Notes: generated from the letters alone by a model not told the origin. A DNA stretch of 64,000 nt from an uncultured Bacillota bacterium (GCA_946617625.1 CAMOKF010000001.1:22064-86063); one strand, 5' to 3'. Counted from the stretch's first letter, positions 36,283-47,663 are shown. Numbers and translations: made by a program.

Positions 36283-38055
36283 TTATTCATTAAATCCTAA
36301 TAATTGTTTTAGAATATTTTTTGGAACTTTACCCGTTTCACCATCAATTACGACATCAGATAATAGTCCTTTTTTATATACTATATCTTCAATTCGTTCA
36401 TCAATGGTATTCTTGGTTACTAATGTTATCACATTAACTGTACCTTTTGTACCAATTCTGTGAACTCTATCTTCTGCCTGGTCTTTCAATGCACGATTCC
36501 ACGGACTGTCTAAAAATATAACTGTTTGTGCTGCGGTTAAGGTTAAACCTGTTCCCATAGCACCAATAGTACCTATAATAACTTTACAAGATTCATCTTC
36601 CTGGAATTTATTTATTTCAGACATTCTCTGTTCAGGTTTAGTATTTCCTGTAATACAGGCTGGATTATACTTATTTAGTCTTAACATAACTTCATCTGTA
36701 ATACTTGTCCAATTACTAAATATTACACATTTTTGATTATTTTCAGCTAATTCTTGTACAAGTTCTTTCATTCTATCTAATTTAGCTGATTCGTGAATGG
36801 TATCACTTAATATACCAGTATAACCAGTTGCTTGTCTTAGTCTAATTAATAATGATAATGGATTATTGCTAAACTCTAATTTATTTGTATGTGTTTGAAT
36901 GTCGTTTTCAATCTCTTTATACAAAACATCTTGTTTAGCATTCATTTCTACATATTCAATTTGATGTAATTTCTCTGGTAAATCGAGAACTTCTGATTTT
37001 AATCTTCTAATCATTACTTTATTTACGTATTGACTTAATTGGTCTAAATTTCTATAGCCAACTATTTCTCGATTTTCATAACCACCCATTACACAATATT
37101 TATATTTAAACCTATACATACTATCAGTTTCATAACCTAACCAATACAGTGGAAAATAAACATCTAGTGGATTGTTCATAAGTGGAGTACCACTCATAGC
37201 AACCATATAATCTGATTGTAGAATCTTCATAGCTCTACCTTGCATAGATGTTATATCTTTTGCTTTATGACATTCATCAAATGCAATCATAGATATAGTT
37301 CCATTTTCACAAAGTTCTTTAATTTTCTCTGCAATAGGAAATGTATATGTAGTTTTAGATTTTTTTTCTGCAAGACCTCTTAATGTTTCTATGTTAGTAA
37401 TAATAAACTTATCTTCTGGAAGATTAGATAAATCTTCTAATTTATCTTTAGAACTTCCTTCATACATATTACCGTTTTTTCTATATCTAGTTCCAATAAC
37501 ATATCCTGTATAATTTGAATGAGTTTTAATCTCTTCTTGCCAGTTATATTTTAATGCATTAACACCACAAATTATCAAGACTTTATTTATCTTATTTTCT
37601 ACATCTAAACAACCAACTAAATCTATTATTTGTTTTGTTTTACCAAGACCTTGTTCATCACAAAGTAAGAAATGTTTTTTATTGAGTCCAAACTTGATTC
37701 CTTCCTCCTGATGCTTAAATGGCTTTGTTTTAAACTTATATGACTTAGGTATATTAATATCTAGCTCTTCATTAATACGCTCATATGTGCCACTTATTTT
37801 TATCTTGTACTTTTTTTGAAACTTATTACAAAAACCTACAACATCATTAATTGGTATTTCCCAAGTTTTAGTATCTTTTTCATAATATTTATTACTTAAA
37901 TTTCTAAAATAATCTACTATTTCTGGGTCATACTGTGATGTTATATATGCACTATGAGTAATTAAAATATTGTTTTTTAATTTATCGGGTTTGTCTATTT
38001 TTATATCTATCATATTAGTCTTCTTCTTTTTTCTTTTAAATGTTTTTTGTAGCAA
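36283..38055 (-). CDS. SNF2-family DNA helicase/translocase
   Basis: Motif I LLCDEQGLGKTKQ, motif II IAFDECHKAK, helicase-C GTGLTLTAAQTVIFLDSPWNRALKDQAEDRVHRIG. True start probably the internal ATG at 38013, which overlaps the stop of a small upstream ORF (ATGA). Confidence 0.85.
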   Translation of the reverse strand: MLQKTFKRKKKKTNMIDIKIDKPDKLKNNILITHSAYITSQYDPEIVDYFRNLSNKYYEKDTKTWEIPINDVVGFCNKFQKKYKIKISGTYERINEELDINIPKSYKFKTKPFKHQEEGIKFGLNKKHFLLCDEQGLGKTKQIIDLVGCLDVENKINKVLIICGVNALKYNWQEEIKTHSNYTGYVIGTRYRKNGNMYEGSSKDKLEDLSNLPEDKFIITNIETLRGLAEKKSKTTYTFPIAEKIKELCENGTISMIAFDECHKAKDITSMQGRAMKILQSDYMVAMSGTPLMNNPLDVYFPLYWLGYETDSMYRFKYKYCVMGGYENREIVGYRNLDQLSQYVNKVMIRRLKSEVLDLPEKLHQIEYVEMNAKQDVLYKEIENDIQTHTNKLEFSNNPLSLLIRLRQATGYTGILSDTIHESAKLDRMKELVQELAENNQKCVIFSNWTSITDEVMLRLNKYNPACITGNTKPEQRMSEINKFQEDESCKVIIGTIGAMGTGLTLTAAQTVIFLDSPWNRALKDQAEDRVHRIGTKGTVNVITLVTKNTIDERIEDIVYKKGLLSDVVIDGETGKVPKNILKQLLGFNE

Positions 38056-38147
38056 CTATTACCCATCTGTCTTTTGATTGAAATTGGGTCTTTAAGTTTT
38101 CTACCACATATTTTACATTTAACTATCTTATCTTTTTTATTCATCAT
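38010..38147 (-). CDS. hypothetical small zinc-finger protein (not in track)
   Basis: ATGATG start; MMNKKDKIVKCKICGRKLKD...NSCYKKH; stop overlaps internal ATG of helicase (ATGA). Confidence 0.3.
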   Translation of the reverse strand: MMNKKDKIVKCKICGRKLKDPISIKRQMGNSCYKKHLKEKRRRLI

Positions 38148-38385
38148 TATCTTCTAATACTGTTTTTATTAAATTTAGTTCATCCTTAGTAAATAATTCT
38201 TCTGCATTTTTTAATGCTATATCTAATAAAGTCTTTGCATCTTCTTTATATGTAGGACACAAATCACCTGATTTAGATAAATCTGCTTGTGTTATATAGA
38301 TATTTTTAGGTGCATTAGTGTGATGTCTAATGCACCTTTTATCTTTACAATTTTTATTTACACAAAATGTTATATCATAATTCAT
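38137..38385 (-). CDS. hypothetical Cys-rich protein
   Basis: First ORF after promoter 38403..38431; CVNKNCKDKRCIRHH. Confidence 0.45.
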   Translation of the reverse strand: MNYDITFCVNKNCKDKRCIRHHTNAPKNIYITQADLSKSGDLCPTYKEDAKTLLDIALKNAEELFTKDELNLIKTVLEDNDE

Positions 38386-38402
38386 ATTAATTATTATAAT
38401 AT

Positions 38403-38430
38403 ATAATTTACAATTTGTAAACCATATATT

Positions 38431-38431
<1 letters not shown>
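38403..38431 (-). promoter_or_regulatory. sigma-A-type promoter with TTTACA-N3-TGTAAA palindrome
   Basis: Minus strand TTTACAAATTGTAAATTATATATTATAAT; -35 abuts the GroEL stop codon. Confidence 0.55.
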
Positions 38432-40062
<1,631 letters not shown>

Positions 40063-40066
40063 TTAA

Positions 40067-40330
40067 TTATTTAATAATAGCAAGTATGTCATCTTCTTTT
40101 AAAATGACATAATGTTCTGCGTCAAGATGTATTTCTACACCAACATTAGTTGAATAAACAACTTTATTATCTACTGAAACATATTTAACATTTTTACCTA
40201 TTTCAAGAACTTTACCTTGATTAGAGTTCTCTTTTTGTTTTGTTGTTAAAATAATTCCAGATTTAGTTGTGTCTTCTTCAAATCTTAATTTTTGCACTAC
40301 TACTCTATTATCTGTAGGTACTATCTGCAT
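40067..40330 (-). CDS. groES: GroES co-chaperonin (Cpn10)
   Basis: 87 aa; VVQKL..EEDTTKSGIIL...GKVLEIG...HYVILKEDDILAII parallels GroES RVVIE...KTASGIVL...GKIVAVG...EYLILRESDILAVI. Confidence 0.8.
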   Translation of the reverse strand: MQIVPTDNRVVVQKLRFEEDTTKSGIILTTKQKENSNQGKVLEIGKNVKYVSVDNKVVYSTNVGVEIHLDAEHYVILKEDDILAIIK

Positions 40331-40563
40331 TATTTATCCTCCTTTAATATTATTTCTATATTTTCTAGGTTACTCCTTATATCTACAACATCATTTCTTA
40401 AAAATGTTAATACATCACTAGCAACTTTAGTATCTATTGTTTCGTGAGTTTTTAAAAAATGATAAGAAGTCATTAATTGTGTATAAGTTGATATTTTTTC
40501 TGCTAATATATAAGATAAATGAATACTAGTTTCAAGATATTTATCTAACTCTTTACTATTCAT
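40330..40563 (-). CDS. hypothetical protein
   Basis: ORF in minus-strand array. Confidence 0.4.
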   Translation of the reverse strand: MNSKELDKYLETSIHLSYILAEKISTYTQLMTSYHFLKTHETIDTKVASDVLTFLRNDVVDIRSNLENIEIILKEDK

Positions 40564-41209
40564 TATTAGTCTCCTCCTTAAATTTTTGTTTTCGTATACT
40601 TTTTTGTATACTTTTAATACTATAATTTACAGCCTGTCTAGTAATACCTAAACTTTCTGCAATATCTTTATCACTTCTACCATATTTTAAATGTTCTAAT
40701 AATTTCTTTCTATGAGTAGTCATAAGAAAATAATCTGAATTATCCATAAAGTATTTATAAAGTTCTTTTCTTTTATCTTCTTTATTTAATTTTCTTTCTA
40801 ATTTCTCTAACTCATATTTGCATTTTTTACAAATATTAGTTTTATTAGTACTTGCTTCATTGGGTTTTCTTGTTTTACAACCACAAATTTTACAAGTAAC
40901 ATATAAATCTTCATTTCTTTCAGAACTTATAACTAAATTATTAGGATTATAATTTTCTATATCTCCATCTTTGTGATAAACAAATTTATCATCTACATCA
41001 CCCAAAAATGTTCTAGCTACTATATTTTTATACACCTCATTTCTCTGTTTTCCGTGCTCTTTAGTTTGTAGATAATAATCTTTGTATCCATTAGGAAGTT
41101 CTCTTTTATTTAATTTTCTTTTAGTTAATGAATATGGATTACCATCTTTATCTATGTAGACATAATCATACCCATCTGCTTTATATAGTTCTATCTTTTT
41201 TGTTTTCAT
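40556..41209 (-). CDS. HNH endonuclease-like protein with zinc ribbon and C-terminal sigma-70 region-4-type HTH
   Basis: VYHKDGDIENYNPNNLVI (HNH), CKICGC...CKKC, C-terminal DKDIAESLGITRQAVNYSIKSIQK. Confidence 0.5.
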   Translation of the reverse strand: MKTKKIELYKADGYDYVYIDKDGNPYSLTKRKLNKRELPNGYKDYYLQTKEHGKQRNEVYKNIVARTFLGDVDDKFVYHKDGDIENYNPNNLVISSERNEDLYVTCKICGCKTRKPNEASTNKTNICKKCKYELEKLERKLNKEDKRKELYKYFMDNSDYFLMTTHRKKLLEHLKYGRSDKDIAESLGITRQAVNYSIKSIQKSIRKQKFKEETNNE

Positions 41210-41360
41210 CTTTATCCTTCCACATTCTTTTTGTTATTTTATTTCCTATATTCGAGATTACTTTACAAATACCTACAATTATTACAATTATAATTAGTAT
41301 AGCAAGTAATCCATATAATATAATATCTTCTATTGTATATATTAAAACACTATTTATCAT
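41181..41360 (-). CDS. hypothetical small membrane protein
   Basis: Internal ATG (MINSVLIYT...) chosen to avoid 80-nt overlap; hydrophobic core LLAILIIIVIIVGI. Confidence 0.35.
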   Translation of the reverse strand: MINSVLIYTIEDIILYGLLAILIIIVIIVGICKVISNIGNKITKRMWKDKDENKKDRTI

Positions 41361-41748
41361 CTTTTTTCTCCTTTTCTTCCCAATAAACTTTTTCCATCTC
41401 TTTATACTTATCTCTATAAAAAGAATCAAAGTCTTTTAGTATTGATTCTAGTCTAGCTCTTAAATCTGTATAGGCCTGTTGTTTAACTTTATATTCAATA
41501 CTTTCATATGGATTTAAAGATAAATTTGGTCTGAAATCATCTGGCATAATATTAAGAATAAGTTTATCTGATATTTCACTCATTACTTCATAAACATCAT
41601 TAATTTCCTTAAATATACTATTAATTAGTTTAGATAATAAATCGTGACCGTATTTTTGTACAACTAAAGCATCTATCTCTCCCCATAAATCCATATGCTG
41701 AAGTAATAATTGTTTTTTAAGTTCATATTCAAAATTTTCAGAAATCAT
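41350..41748 (-). CDS. hypothetical protein
   Basis: ORF in minus-strand array. Confidence 0.45.
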   Translation of the reverse strand: MISENFEYELKKQLLLQHMDLWGEIDALVVQKYGHDLLSKLINSIFKEINDVYEVMSEISDKLILNIMPDDFRPNLSLNPYESIEYKVKQQAYTDLRARLESILKDFDSFYRDKYKEMEKVYWEEKEKKDDK

Positions 41749-41751
41749 ATG

Positions 41752-42759
41752 TTACTCCTTGTTTAGTTCAGACAATAACGCATTACCACAAGTTATTCTA
41801 TCTTCATCTTCTTCTTTTGACGGTACGAAAACAATAACATCCCAACCGTCTTTAACTAACGGTTGTTCAAATTTTTCATATACATCATAATCTGTTACTA
41901 TTTCATAATCATTTTCAACAGCTGTATGTGTTTCGTGAATAGGAGTGATTTTGACAATACATTTTTCTTTGTCAAAATATTTATTCATTAAATCTACATC
42001 TAAATTAGATTCTGATGTAACAGCAAAATTTAATGTGTATTTTCTACCTTTTGGAACAGGAAGTGAATCAATAATATTTCCTATAGATTCTAATGACATT
42101 GATTTATTATTGAACATCTTATTTCTTTGTTCTTCATCTAAAGTATTTATAGAAAATTGTAAACCAACTCCACCATTCCATAATTTGTTTCCTAGTTTAT
42201 CCTCGTCACATTTAATCCACTCTTCTATAAAGTGTACAAAATCAACATAATTTTTAGGACACATTGTTGATACTACAGGATGATATTCATCGAAATCTAT
42301 AATTTTGAAACCATCACAGAGTTCTCTAGAATTTAAACATCCTATGTATCTTGCAGTTGTTATGACATCTTTATTTAGTGTAGGTTCTCCCATTCTTGCA
42401 AAATGAACATTAAGTCTTTTGCCCTTTTTTATTTCCGATAGAGCGATTGCTGAAACTATTTCATCTACCATTTCAGATTCACTCGCATTACCCTTAAATT
42501 CTAATTTAGGACAATCACAGAAATTACAACTCATAGGACAACCTTTTTGAGATGATACTGTTACAACTAATTTTTCAGTTAAATCAACATCTGTATGCTC
42601 TACTTTATCTATTCGTTTTGTATATCCAAGAAAATCAGCTTTTATATTATTTTCTTTTCCATAATCTCCAACATATAAATATTCAAGATGTTTATCTACA
42701 TCACTAATTATCTTACCTGTTCTAGTTTCTGTTATTTTCTTCATCATATTCTCCTTCAA
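41752..42759 (-). CDS. radical SAM enzyme, RlmN/Cfr-like signature
   Basis: VSSQKGCPMSCNFCDC (RlmN VSSQVGCALECKFCST; CxxxCxxC) and C-terminal ITCGNAL (RlmN AACGQLA). Confidence 0.7.
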   Translation of the reverse strand: MKENMMKKITETRTGKIISDVDKHLEYLYVGDYGKENNIKADFLGYTKRIDKVEHTDVDLTEKLVVTVSSQKGCPMSCNFCDCPKLEFKGNASESEMVDEIVSAIALSEIKKGKRLNVHFARMGEPTLNKDVITTARYIGCLNSRELCDGFKIIDFDEYHPVVSTMCPKNYVDFVHFIEEWIKCDEDKLGNKLWNGGVGLQFSINTLDEEQRNKMFNNKSMSLESIGNIIDSLPVPKGRKYTLNFAVTSESNLDVDLMNKYFDKEKCIVKITPIHETHTAVENDYEIVTDYDVYEKFEQPLVKDGWDVIVFVPSKEEDEDRITCGNALLSELNKE

Positions 42760-42761
42760 TA

Positions 42762-43409
42762 TTAATCTGTATAATCCTCATCTCCATCATATTCATCTTC
42801 ATATGGTGTTTCACTTTGTCTATACATTAAGTGTTCACACCAATTATGACTATTTTCATCTGACCAAGATGGCCTCTCATATAATTGACTATAAGGTTTA
42901 GGGTCATTTAATATAATTTCATCAAATAACTTAACTGTACACTCTTCATTATAACCTTCTTCGACAGTCAGATGTTTACCTTTTGGTGTTATAATATTAT
43001 TTCCATATATTCTTACGAATATATCTGTTATACCGATTCGTTTAACTAATCTACATAACCATTTCTGAAATTCTTTATTAGTTTCATATACAGTTCTATC
43101 TCTAAAATTACCTGTAAGTACAATATGGTAAATACATTTTGATTCAAAATCATCGAAATATCCTGTTCCTAAATTACTATGATTTCTGTATTCATCTGTA
43201 TTACTACTCATTGAATGTGTATGTTCTGGAATAATGTCTACAAACATATCTTCTTCAGAACCCGTTACTTTAGGTAAATGATTCAATACTTGTTTTAATA
43301 TATACTCTTTCTCATTATCACATCTTCCAAATGGATACACAGTGACAATTCCTTTAATGTAGCTCCATTTACTCATAATTATTCTCCTTCTTCTGAAATA
43401 TATTGCCAT
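42762..43409 (-). CDS. hypothetical protein
   Basis: ORF immediately downstream of radical-SAM gene. Confidence 0.45.
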   Translation of the reverse strand: MAIYFRRRRIIMSKWSYIKGIVTVYPFGRCDNEKEYILKQVLNHLPKVTGSEEDMFVDIIPEHTHSMSSNTDEYRNHSNLGTGYFDDFESKCIYHIVLTGNFRDRTVYETNKEFQKWLCRLVKRIGITDIFVRIYGNNIITPKGKHLTVEEGYNEECTVKLFDEIILNDPKPYSQLYERPSWSDENSHNWCEHLMYRQSETPYEDEYDGDEDYTD

Positions 43410-43747
43410 TTAATAATTTCAGTTAAAACATTATTATCATAATTAGCATTAACATTATACTCAATAAATTTATTGTCTGTGTAGTATGCAAGAAAGCAGC
43501 AATCATTTTTGTCAACAACAACTACAAATGAATCATCGTTTGGAAATCCATTATTATTTTCTGTGTACTTCCATTTGTATTCATTCTCTACTGTATCTAA
43601 AGAACCTATAATCATTTGTAAATAAAATTGTACCTCATAAGCAGGTACATCTTTACCTTCTTGCGCTAATTTCATATAATCTTTTTGTCTTTTTTGTATA
43701 TTTTCTTTAAGTATTTTAAGTTCTGACATCTTACTCTCCTTAACCAT
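43379..43747 (-). CDS. hypothetical protein
   Basis: ORF in minus-strand array. Confidence 0.45.
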   Translation of the reverse strand: MVKESKMSELKILKENIQKRQKDYMKLAQEGKDVPAYEVQFYLQMIIGSLDTVENEYKWKYTENNNGFPNDDSFVVVVDKNDCCFLAYYTDNKFIEYNVNANYDNNVLTEIIKWQYISEEGE

Positions 43748-44219
43748 AAATACCCCACTTCACACCTTTATAATCATTACTATAATCTCTTATAACTGTA
43801 ATGAGTTTAGTTATAATTCTTGATACTTTCTTTGTGCCTGATGAAGCACATTTAGTTAAATCTTCTATAGTTAATTTTTTAAGATTTTTATATGATAGGG
43901 GTTCTTCCTTACCAAATCTATATCTATAACACGATATAAAATCTACAAATAATGATTTTGATTCAAATGTAATATTCATAATCAATTCAAAATCTCTAGT
44001 ATCTATCTTTTCACCATCTTTTTTATAGATATACTTAGCAGGAATTAATTTCTCTCCAGTTTCTTCATCTATAACAGCTTCAATGACTTTATTATTGAAC
44101 ATTCTCCAAATATCACCACCTGATATTCCATATAACATACTAACCACTTCAATAGAATAAGCGGGTTGTAATAAAGTTTTAGGAATTCTAAATCTAGGTT
44201 TAATATCAATATTTATCAT
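43740..44219 (-). CDS. hypothetical protein
   Basis: ORF in minus-strand array. Confidence 0.45.
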   Translation of the reverse strand: MINIDIKPRFRIPKTLLQPAYSIEVVSMLYGISGGDIWRMFNNKVIEAVIDEETGEKLIPAKYIYKKDGEKIDTRDFELIMNITFESKSLFVDFISCYRYRFGKEEPLSYKNLKKLTIEDLTKCASSGTKKVSRIITKLITVIRDYSNDYKGVKWGIYG

Positions 44220-44620
44220 ATATTACTCCTTACTGTATTCCATATGTATATTTTTTGTGACCAATGAATAATTCTACGATAAAATAGATAATCTCCTTGG
44301 GTTTTCTTAATATTTTCTGGATATACTTTTAATATCAGTGTAAGGTTTAGGCCCGCGTGTTCAACATCTGATTTAAGTAATTTAATTATTAGTTCATCTA
44401 CAACTTTTAACTTATCATTGATACCATCTCTAGCTTTCATTCTAGGATTAACCTTATTTTCATAATATGTATTTAATTCACTAAATATTTTATGAATCTT
44501 TTTTAATATCTTACCTTCTTCACTAGATTCATCTAAATTATGTTTTACTATCTCAATCTCTTCTTCAGACATTCCGTGAAGTTTACCAAACAACTCAATA
44601 TAATCATTTGTACTAACCAT
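44216..44620 (-). CDS. hypothetical protein
   Basis: ORF in minus-strand array. Confidence 0.45.
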   Translation of the reverse strand: MVSTNDYIELFGKLHGMSEEEIEIVKHNLDESSEEGKILKKIHKIFSELNTYYENKVNPRMKARDGINDKLKVVDELIIKLLKSDVEHAGLNLTLILKVYPENIKKTQGDYLFYRRIIHWSQKIYIWNTVRSNI

Positions 44621-44622
44621 AT

Positions 44623-44751
44623 TTACTCCTTATCATCAAATAATTGTGCTAAGTCTACATCAGAATATGACTCTTTAACACGTTCTTCTAGTTCCTCTTG
44701 ATTTTTAATTTCATTTTCTACTTCTTTAAACGTAAATCTTTCTTCTTTCAT
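44623..44751 (-). CDS. hypothetical small protein (not in track)
   Basis: 42-codon ORF MKEERFTFKEVENEIKNQEE... filling the gap. Confidence 0.3.
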   Translation of the reverse strand: MKEERFTFKEVENEIKNQEELEERVKESYSDVDLAQLFDDKE

Positions 44752-45240
44752 TTATTTCTCCTTATTTTTATCTTTCTCAATAATTTTAACTGTGTCTGTA
44801 ATTCCGTAATAAATAATTACTCTCTTTCCCTGTTCGTTTTCAAATTTTAGTTTTCTTTCATCAACTTCTTCTTGTTCTTGAATATCACATTTGCCCGTAT
44901 AGTCATAAATAACTTTTCCATCATCATTTGTGATTGTTATTTCTCGGTATATTCCATTGTTCATATTTGATTTAAAATCTTTATAATGTCTTATTCCATT
45001 TGCTGTTGATGTGTTATACCAATTTATTCCAAACATTATTCCTAGCGTTATTGCTACTCCTAAAAATATTGCAACGAAACAACCTATACGCAATTTTTTT
45101 ACATTTGTAGTTTCTTTTCCTGTTGTATAATCTGTAATTGTTTGTTCTTCGTCCCACCAACAACAAAACAAAGTCACTCCAATCAAACAAACCAAACCTA
45201 TAAAACATACAAATACCCAATTTCCTATTGTTAAACTCAT
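44752..45240 (-). CDS. hypothetical membrane protein
   Basis: Two predicted TM helices (NWVFVCFIGLVCLIGVTLFCC; IGCFVAIFLGVAITLGIMFGI). Confidence 0.5.
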   Translation of the reverse strand: MSLTIGNWVFVCFIGLVCLIGVTLFCCWWDEEQTITDYTTGKETTNVKKLRIGCFVAIFLGVAITLGIMFGINWYNTSTANGIRHYKDFKSNMNNGIYREITITNDDGKVIYDYTGKCDIQEQEEVDERKLKFENEQGKRVIIYYGITDTVKIIEKDKNKEK

Positions 45241-45253
45241 AGTTTTTCTCCTT

Positions 45254-45445
45254 TCAATCTTCTTCGAATCTTTCTATATCTCTAATAATTTCATCATAAG
45301 TGTCAACAGTAATTTTAGTATAATTATCTTTTTCTTTAGATAATTCCCAAATATTATCTCTTTTTTTCTTCAAATGTTTTAATATTCTCTGTTTCATATC
45401 TTTCATATAATTATTTACCTCGCATTTCATCAATTTTAAGGTCAA
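45254..45445 (-). CDS. hypothetical protein
   Basis: ORF in minus-strand array. Confidence 0.4.
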   Translation of the reverse strand: MTLKLMKCEVNNYMKDMKQRILKHLKKKRDNIWELSKEKDNYTKITVDTYDEIIRDIERFEED

Positions 45446-45884
45446 TCATAAAATCTCTTGCACGTTCTTTTTGTATCTCTTCAGATTCTTCTTCGTCTTC
45501 ATTTAACATTTCTTCTTGTATACGTTCTTCCCAAGCATAGTAATCTTCATAACCACTAACGATTGGTTTTACCCTTGTTTTTACACCATCAATAATCTTA
45601 TAATGTTTACAATAACCACTTGATGCACGGTCCCATTTAAACTTTAATTCTAGTTTTAAGAAATCGATTACTGACTCTAATTCTTTAATTGGAAAGTTTA
45701 TAGTGTGATAACCCTTATTTCTTTCTAGTAAATCTTTATATACATCTTCTAACCAATCAATAACAACTCTATCCATTGTTTGTATTGTTTCTTCTTTTTT
45801 ACAGATAATTTCATCTCGCCAATCTTCATAATTAGTGTATGTTTTTTCTGCTTGTTCTTCTAAAAACTCTTTATATGTTTTCAT
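45411..45884 (-). CDS. hypothetical protein
   Basis: ORF in minus-strand array. Confidence 0.45.
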   Translation of the reverse strand: MKTYKEFLEEQAEKTYTNYEDWRDEIICKKEETIQTMDRVVIDWLEDVYKDLLERNKGYHTINFPIKELESVIDFLKLELKFKWDRASSGYCKHYKIIDGVKTRVKPIVSGYEDYYAWEERIQEEMLNEDEEESEEIQKERARDFMIDLKIDEMRGK

Positions 45885-45899
45885 AGTTTCTCTCCTCTC

Positions 45900-46163
45900 T
45901 TATAATTCATCTTCATTTTCCCGTTTCTCTATTTTTCTCTTGTGTTTAATTGTAGTAGTAATATATTCAGTATCCTCAATAACACTTTTAACTTCTGTTA
46001 CATCTATTATGGTAGAAGAGTTTTTAGTTTTAAAATATTTATCACTCTCTCCAGATGATTTTAGATAAATACCAAATAATATTCCAATAATAACTAAACT
46101 AAAATCTAAAATTGAAATTGCAATAAAGACTGTGAAATCTGTAAATTCTATAAAATCCAACAT
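45900..46163 (-). CDS. hypothetical membrane protein
   Basis: N-terminal TM segment FTVFIAISILDFSLVIIGILFGIYL. Confidence 0.45.
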   Translation of the reverse strand: MLDFIEFTDFTVFIAISILDFSLVIIGILFGIYLKSSGESDKYFKTKNSSTIIDVTEVKSVIEDTEYITTTIKHKRKIEKRENEDEL

Positions 46164-46166
46164 AGT

Positions 46167-46649
46167 TTAATCTCCGTTCTTAATTTTAATTTTTAAGTAT
46201 TTCACACCAAATCTTTTTGCATCTTTATGATGTTTAAAATAAATGTCTATGCATTTATTCTTTATAGCACTACCACAATCTTCTGCAATATATTCTTTAT
46301 TATTAATTATGACTATAGAACCATAAGGAATAACTTTAGGGTCAACCGCAATAGTTCTACCTTCTTTAGCTCTTACACCAATTGCAGTCATATCTTTAAA
46401 GTTTCCAGAACATTTTTTACAAGGACAATATGCTGTACATTTGAACTTGCCTAAATCTTGATATGGAAGTTTAACTAAATTTAGTTCTGTGGTAGGTTCT
46501 TGTTTAATAACTTTATGTTCAACTTTTCTATTACTCGTGTTTAAGAAAATTAATGACATTAAGATTAAATTTATACATATTGATATTATAAATATTTTAT
46601 TTACCATTTTCTTCTCCATATTCATATAGTTCTTCCACAGTTCCGTCAA
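46167..46649 (-). CDS. membrane-anchored 3D-domain protein (MltA-type cell-wall hydrolase-like)
   Basis: TM anchor then CTAYCPCKKC...TAIGVRAKEGRTIAVDPKVIPYGSIVII...YIAEDCGSAIKNKCIDIY (3D-domain Asp pattern). Confidence 0.5.
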   Translation of the reverse strand: MTELWKNYMNMEKKMVNKIFIISICINLILMSLIFLNTSNRKVEHKVIKQEPTTELNLVKLPYQDLGKFKCTAYCPCKKCSGNFKDMTAIGVRAKEGRTIAVDPKVIPYGSIVIINNKEYIAEDCGSAIKNKCIDIYFKHHKDAKRFGVKYLKIKIKNGD

Positions 46650-46842
46650 AGTAATATATATTTGTTCTTATCCAATTATTCTTTTGACAAGTTACAGTTT
46701 TCCATATTAACTTATTATCATCATCTACTCCTGCAACAGTCACAACTACAATTTCACCATTTTCGGATGTAGTAGTTAATGGTAAATCTTTGATTGCATA
46801 TCCTTCTTTAGTCAATGCTTTTTCAAAATCATCATAGGTCAT
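46597..46842 (-). CDS. hypothetical protein
   Basis: ORF in minus-strand array. Confidence 0.4.
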   Translation of the reverse strand: MTYDDFEKALTKEGYAIKDLPLTTTSENGEIVVVTVAGVDDDNKLIWKTVTCQKNNWIRTNIYYFDGTVEELYEYGEENGK

Positions 46843-46844
46843 AT

Positions 46845-47087
46845 TTATTTACTCCTTCTATGTCTTTTACTATTTCTTTTTCTATCTATTCTCAATGCCC
46901 ATCTATAAATACTTATTAGTATTGACATAATTACTATGAATAATAATATAGCAACAACTATTATTCTAAAGATTGAGAAATTATCAATTTTCATATAGTA
47001 GTACATATTAGGATTACCAAAGAATAGATAATAAACTAATAATAAATCTGTTAGTATAAAACTTCCAATTATAACATTCTCTTTCAT
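46845..47087 (-). CDS. hypothetical membrane protein with basic tail
   Basis: Two hydrophobic segments, C-terminal RKRNSKRHRRSK. Confidence 0.45.
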   Translation of the reverse strand: MKENVIIGSFILTDLLLVYYLFFGNPNMYYYMKIDNFSIFRIIVVAILLFIVIMSILISIYRWALRIDRKRNSKRHRRSK

Positions 47088-47121
47088 AACTGCTCTCCTT
47101 TATATTATTTATTATATAAGT

Positions 47122-47150
47122 ATTATACCATAAAATAAATAATTTGTAAA
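47122..47150 (-). promoter_or_regulatory. sigma-A-type promoter (no palindrome)
   Basis: Minus strand TTTACAAATTATTTATTTTATGGTATAAT; 17-nt spacer; TGn. Confidence 0.55.
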
Positions 47151-47161
47151 TACTTTTATTA

Positions 47162-47488
47162 TTAAAAATTATAAATTTTTTCTATTTCGTTAATACTTCT
47201 TGTTATCATTATATCATCGTTAGATTTTAAAAACACTATATTATCTTTAATCCTAGTAACCTCAAACTCTTTATTCAATAAATCTGGACTTTCATTATTT
47301 TTAGTATTTGCAAGTTTAGCTTTGTCTCCAACTTTTATGCTAGGTTTATATTCATAATCAATAATTTCTAAATTATTAGTTAAACTGTATATGTTATTTA
47401 TTAGAACAAAAGCTACTATACTCCATAGTATTAAAAATATAATAAATATAAATATTATCATATACTCATACACTCCATATTTCTTCAA
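47162..47488 (-). CDS. hypothetical membrane-anchored protein
   Basis: N-terminal TM IIFIFIIFLILWSIVAFVLI. Confidence 0.45.
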   Translation of the reverse strand: MKKYGVYEYMIIFIFIIFLILWSIVAFVLINNIYSLTNNLEIIDYEYKPSIKVGDKAKLANTKNNESPDLLNKEFEVTRIKDNIVFLKSNDDIMITRSINEIEKIYNF

Positions 47489-47660
47489 GTATATCTAATA
47501 TAGATTTTGCACACTCTTCACATAATCTATATTCTTTCTTTGGAAATTGTTGTTCTACATAGTCCCTTTTCCAGAATTTCATATCTTCATCCATATCAAC
47601 AGTTATTATATAATAACCTTCGCTTTGTGCTTCTTTAAAGCATTTATCACATACTATCAT
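47466..47660 (-). CDS. hypothetical zinc-ribbon protein
   Basis: CDKC...CEEC. Confidence 0.4.
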   Translation of the reverse strand: MIVCDKCFKEAQSEGYYIITVDMDEDMKFWKRDYVEQQFPKKEYRLCEECAKSILDILEEIWSV

Positions 47661-47663
47661 TAT

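Noticed and set aside
45014-45220. Minus-strand ORF 45014..45220 nested in 44752..45240, and 59597..59899 nested in 59646..60011
   Set aside because: Alternate frames of longer ORFs; basic/low-complexity products; no independent SD
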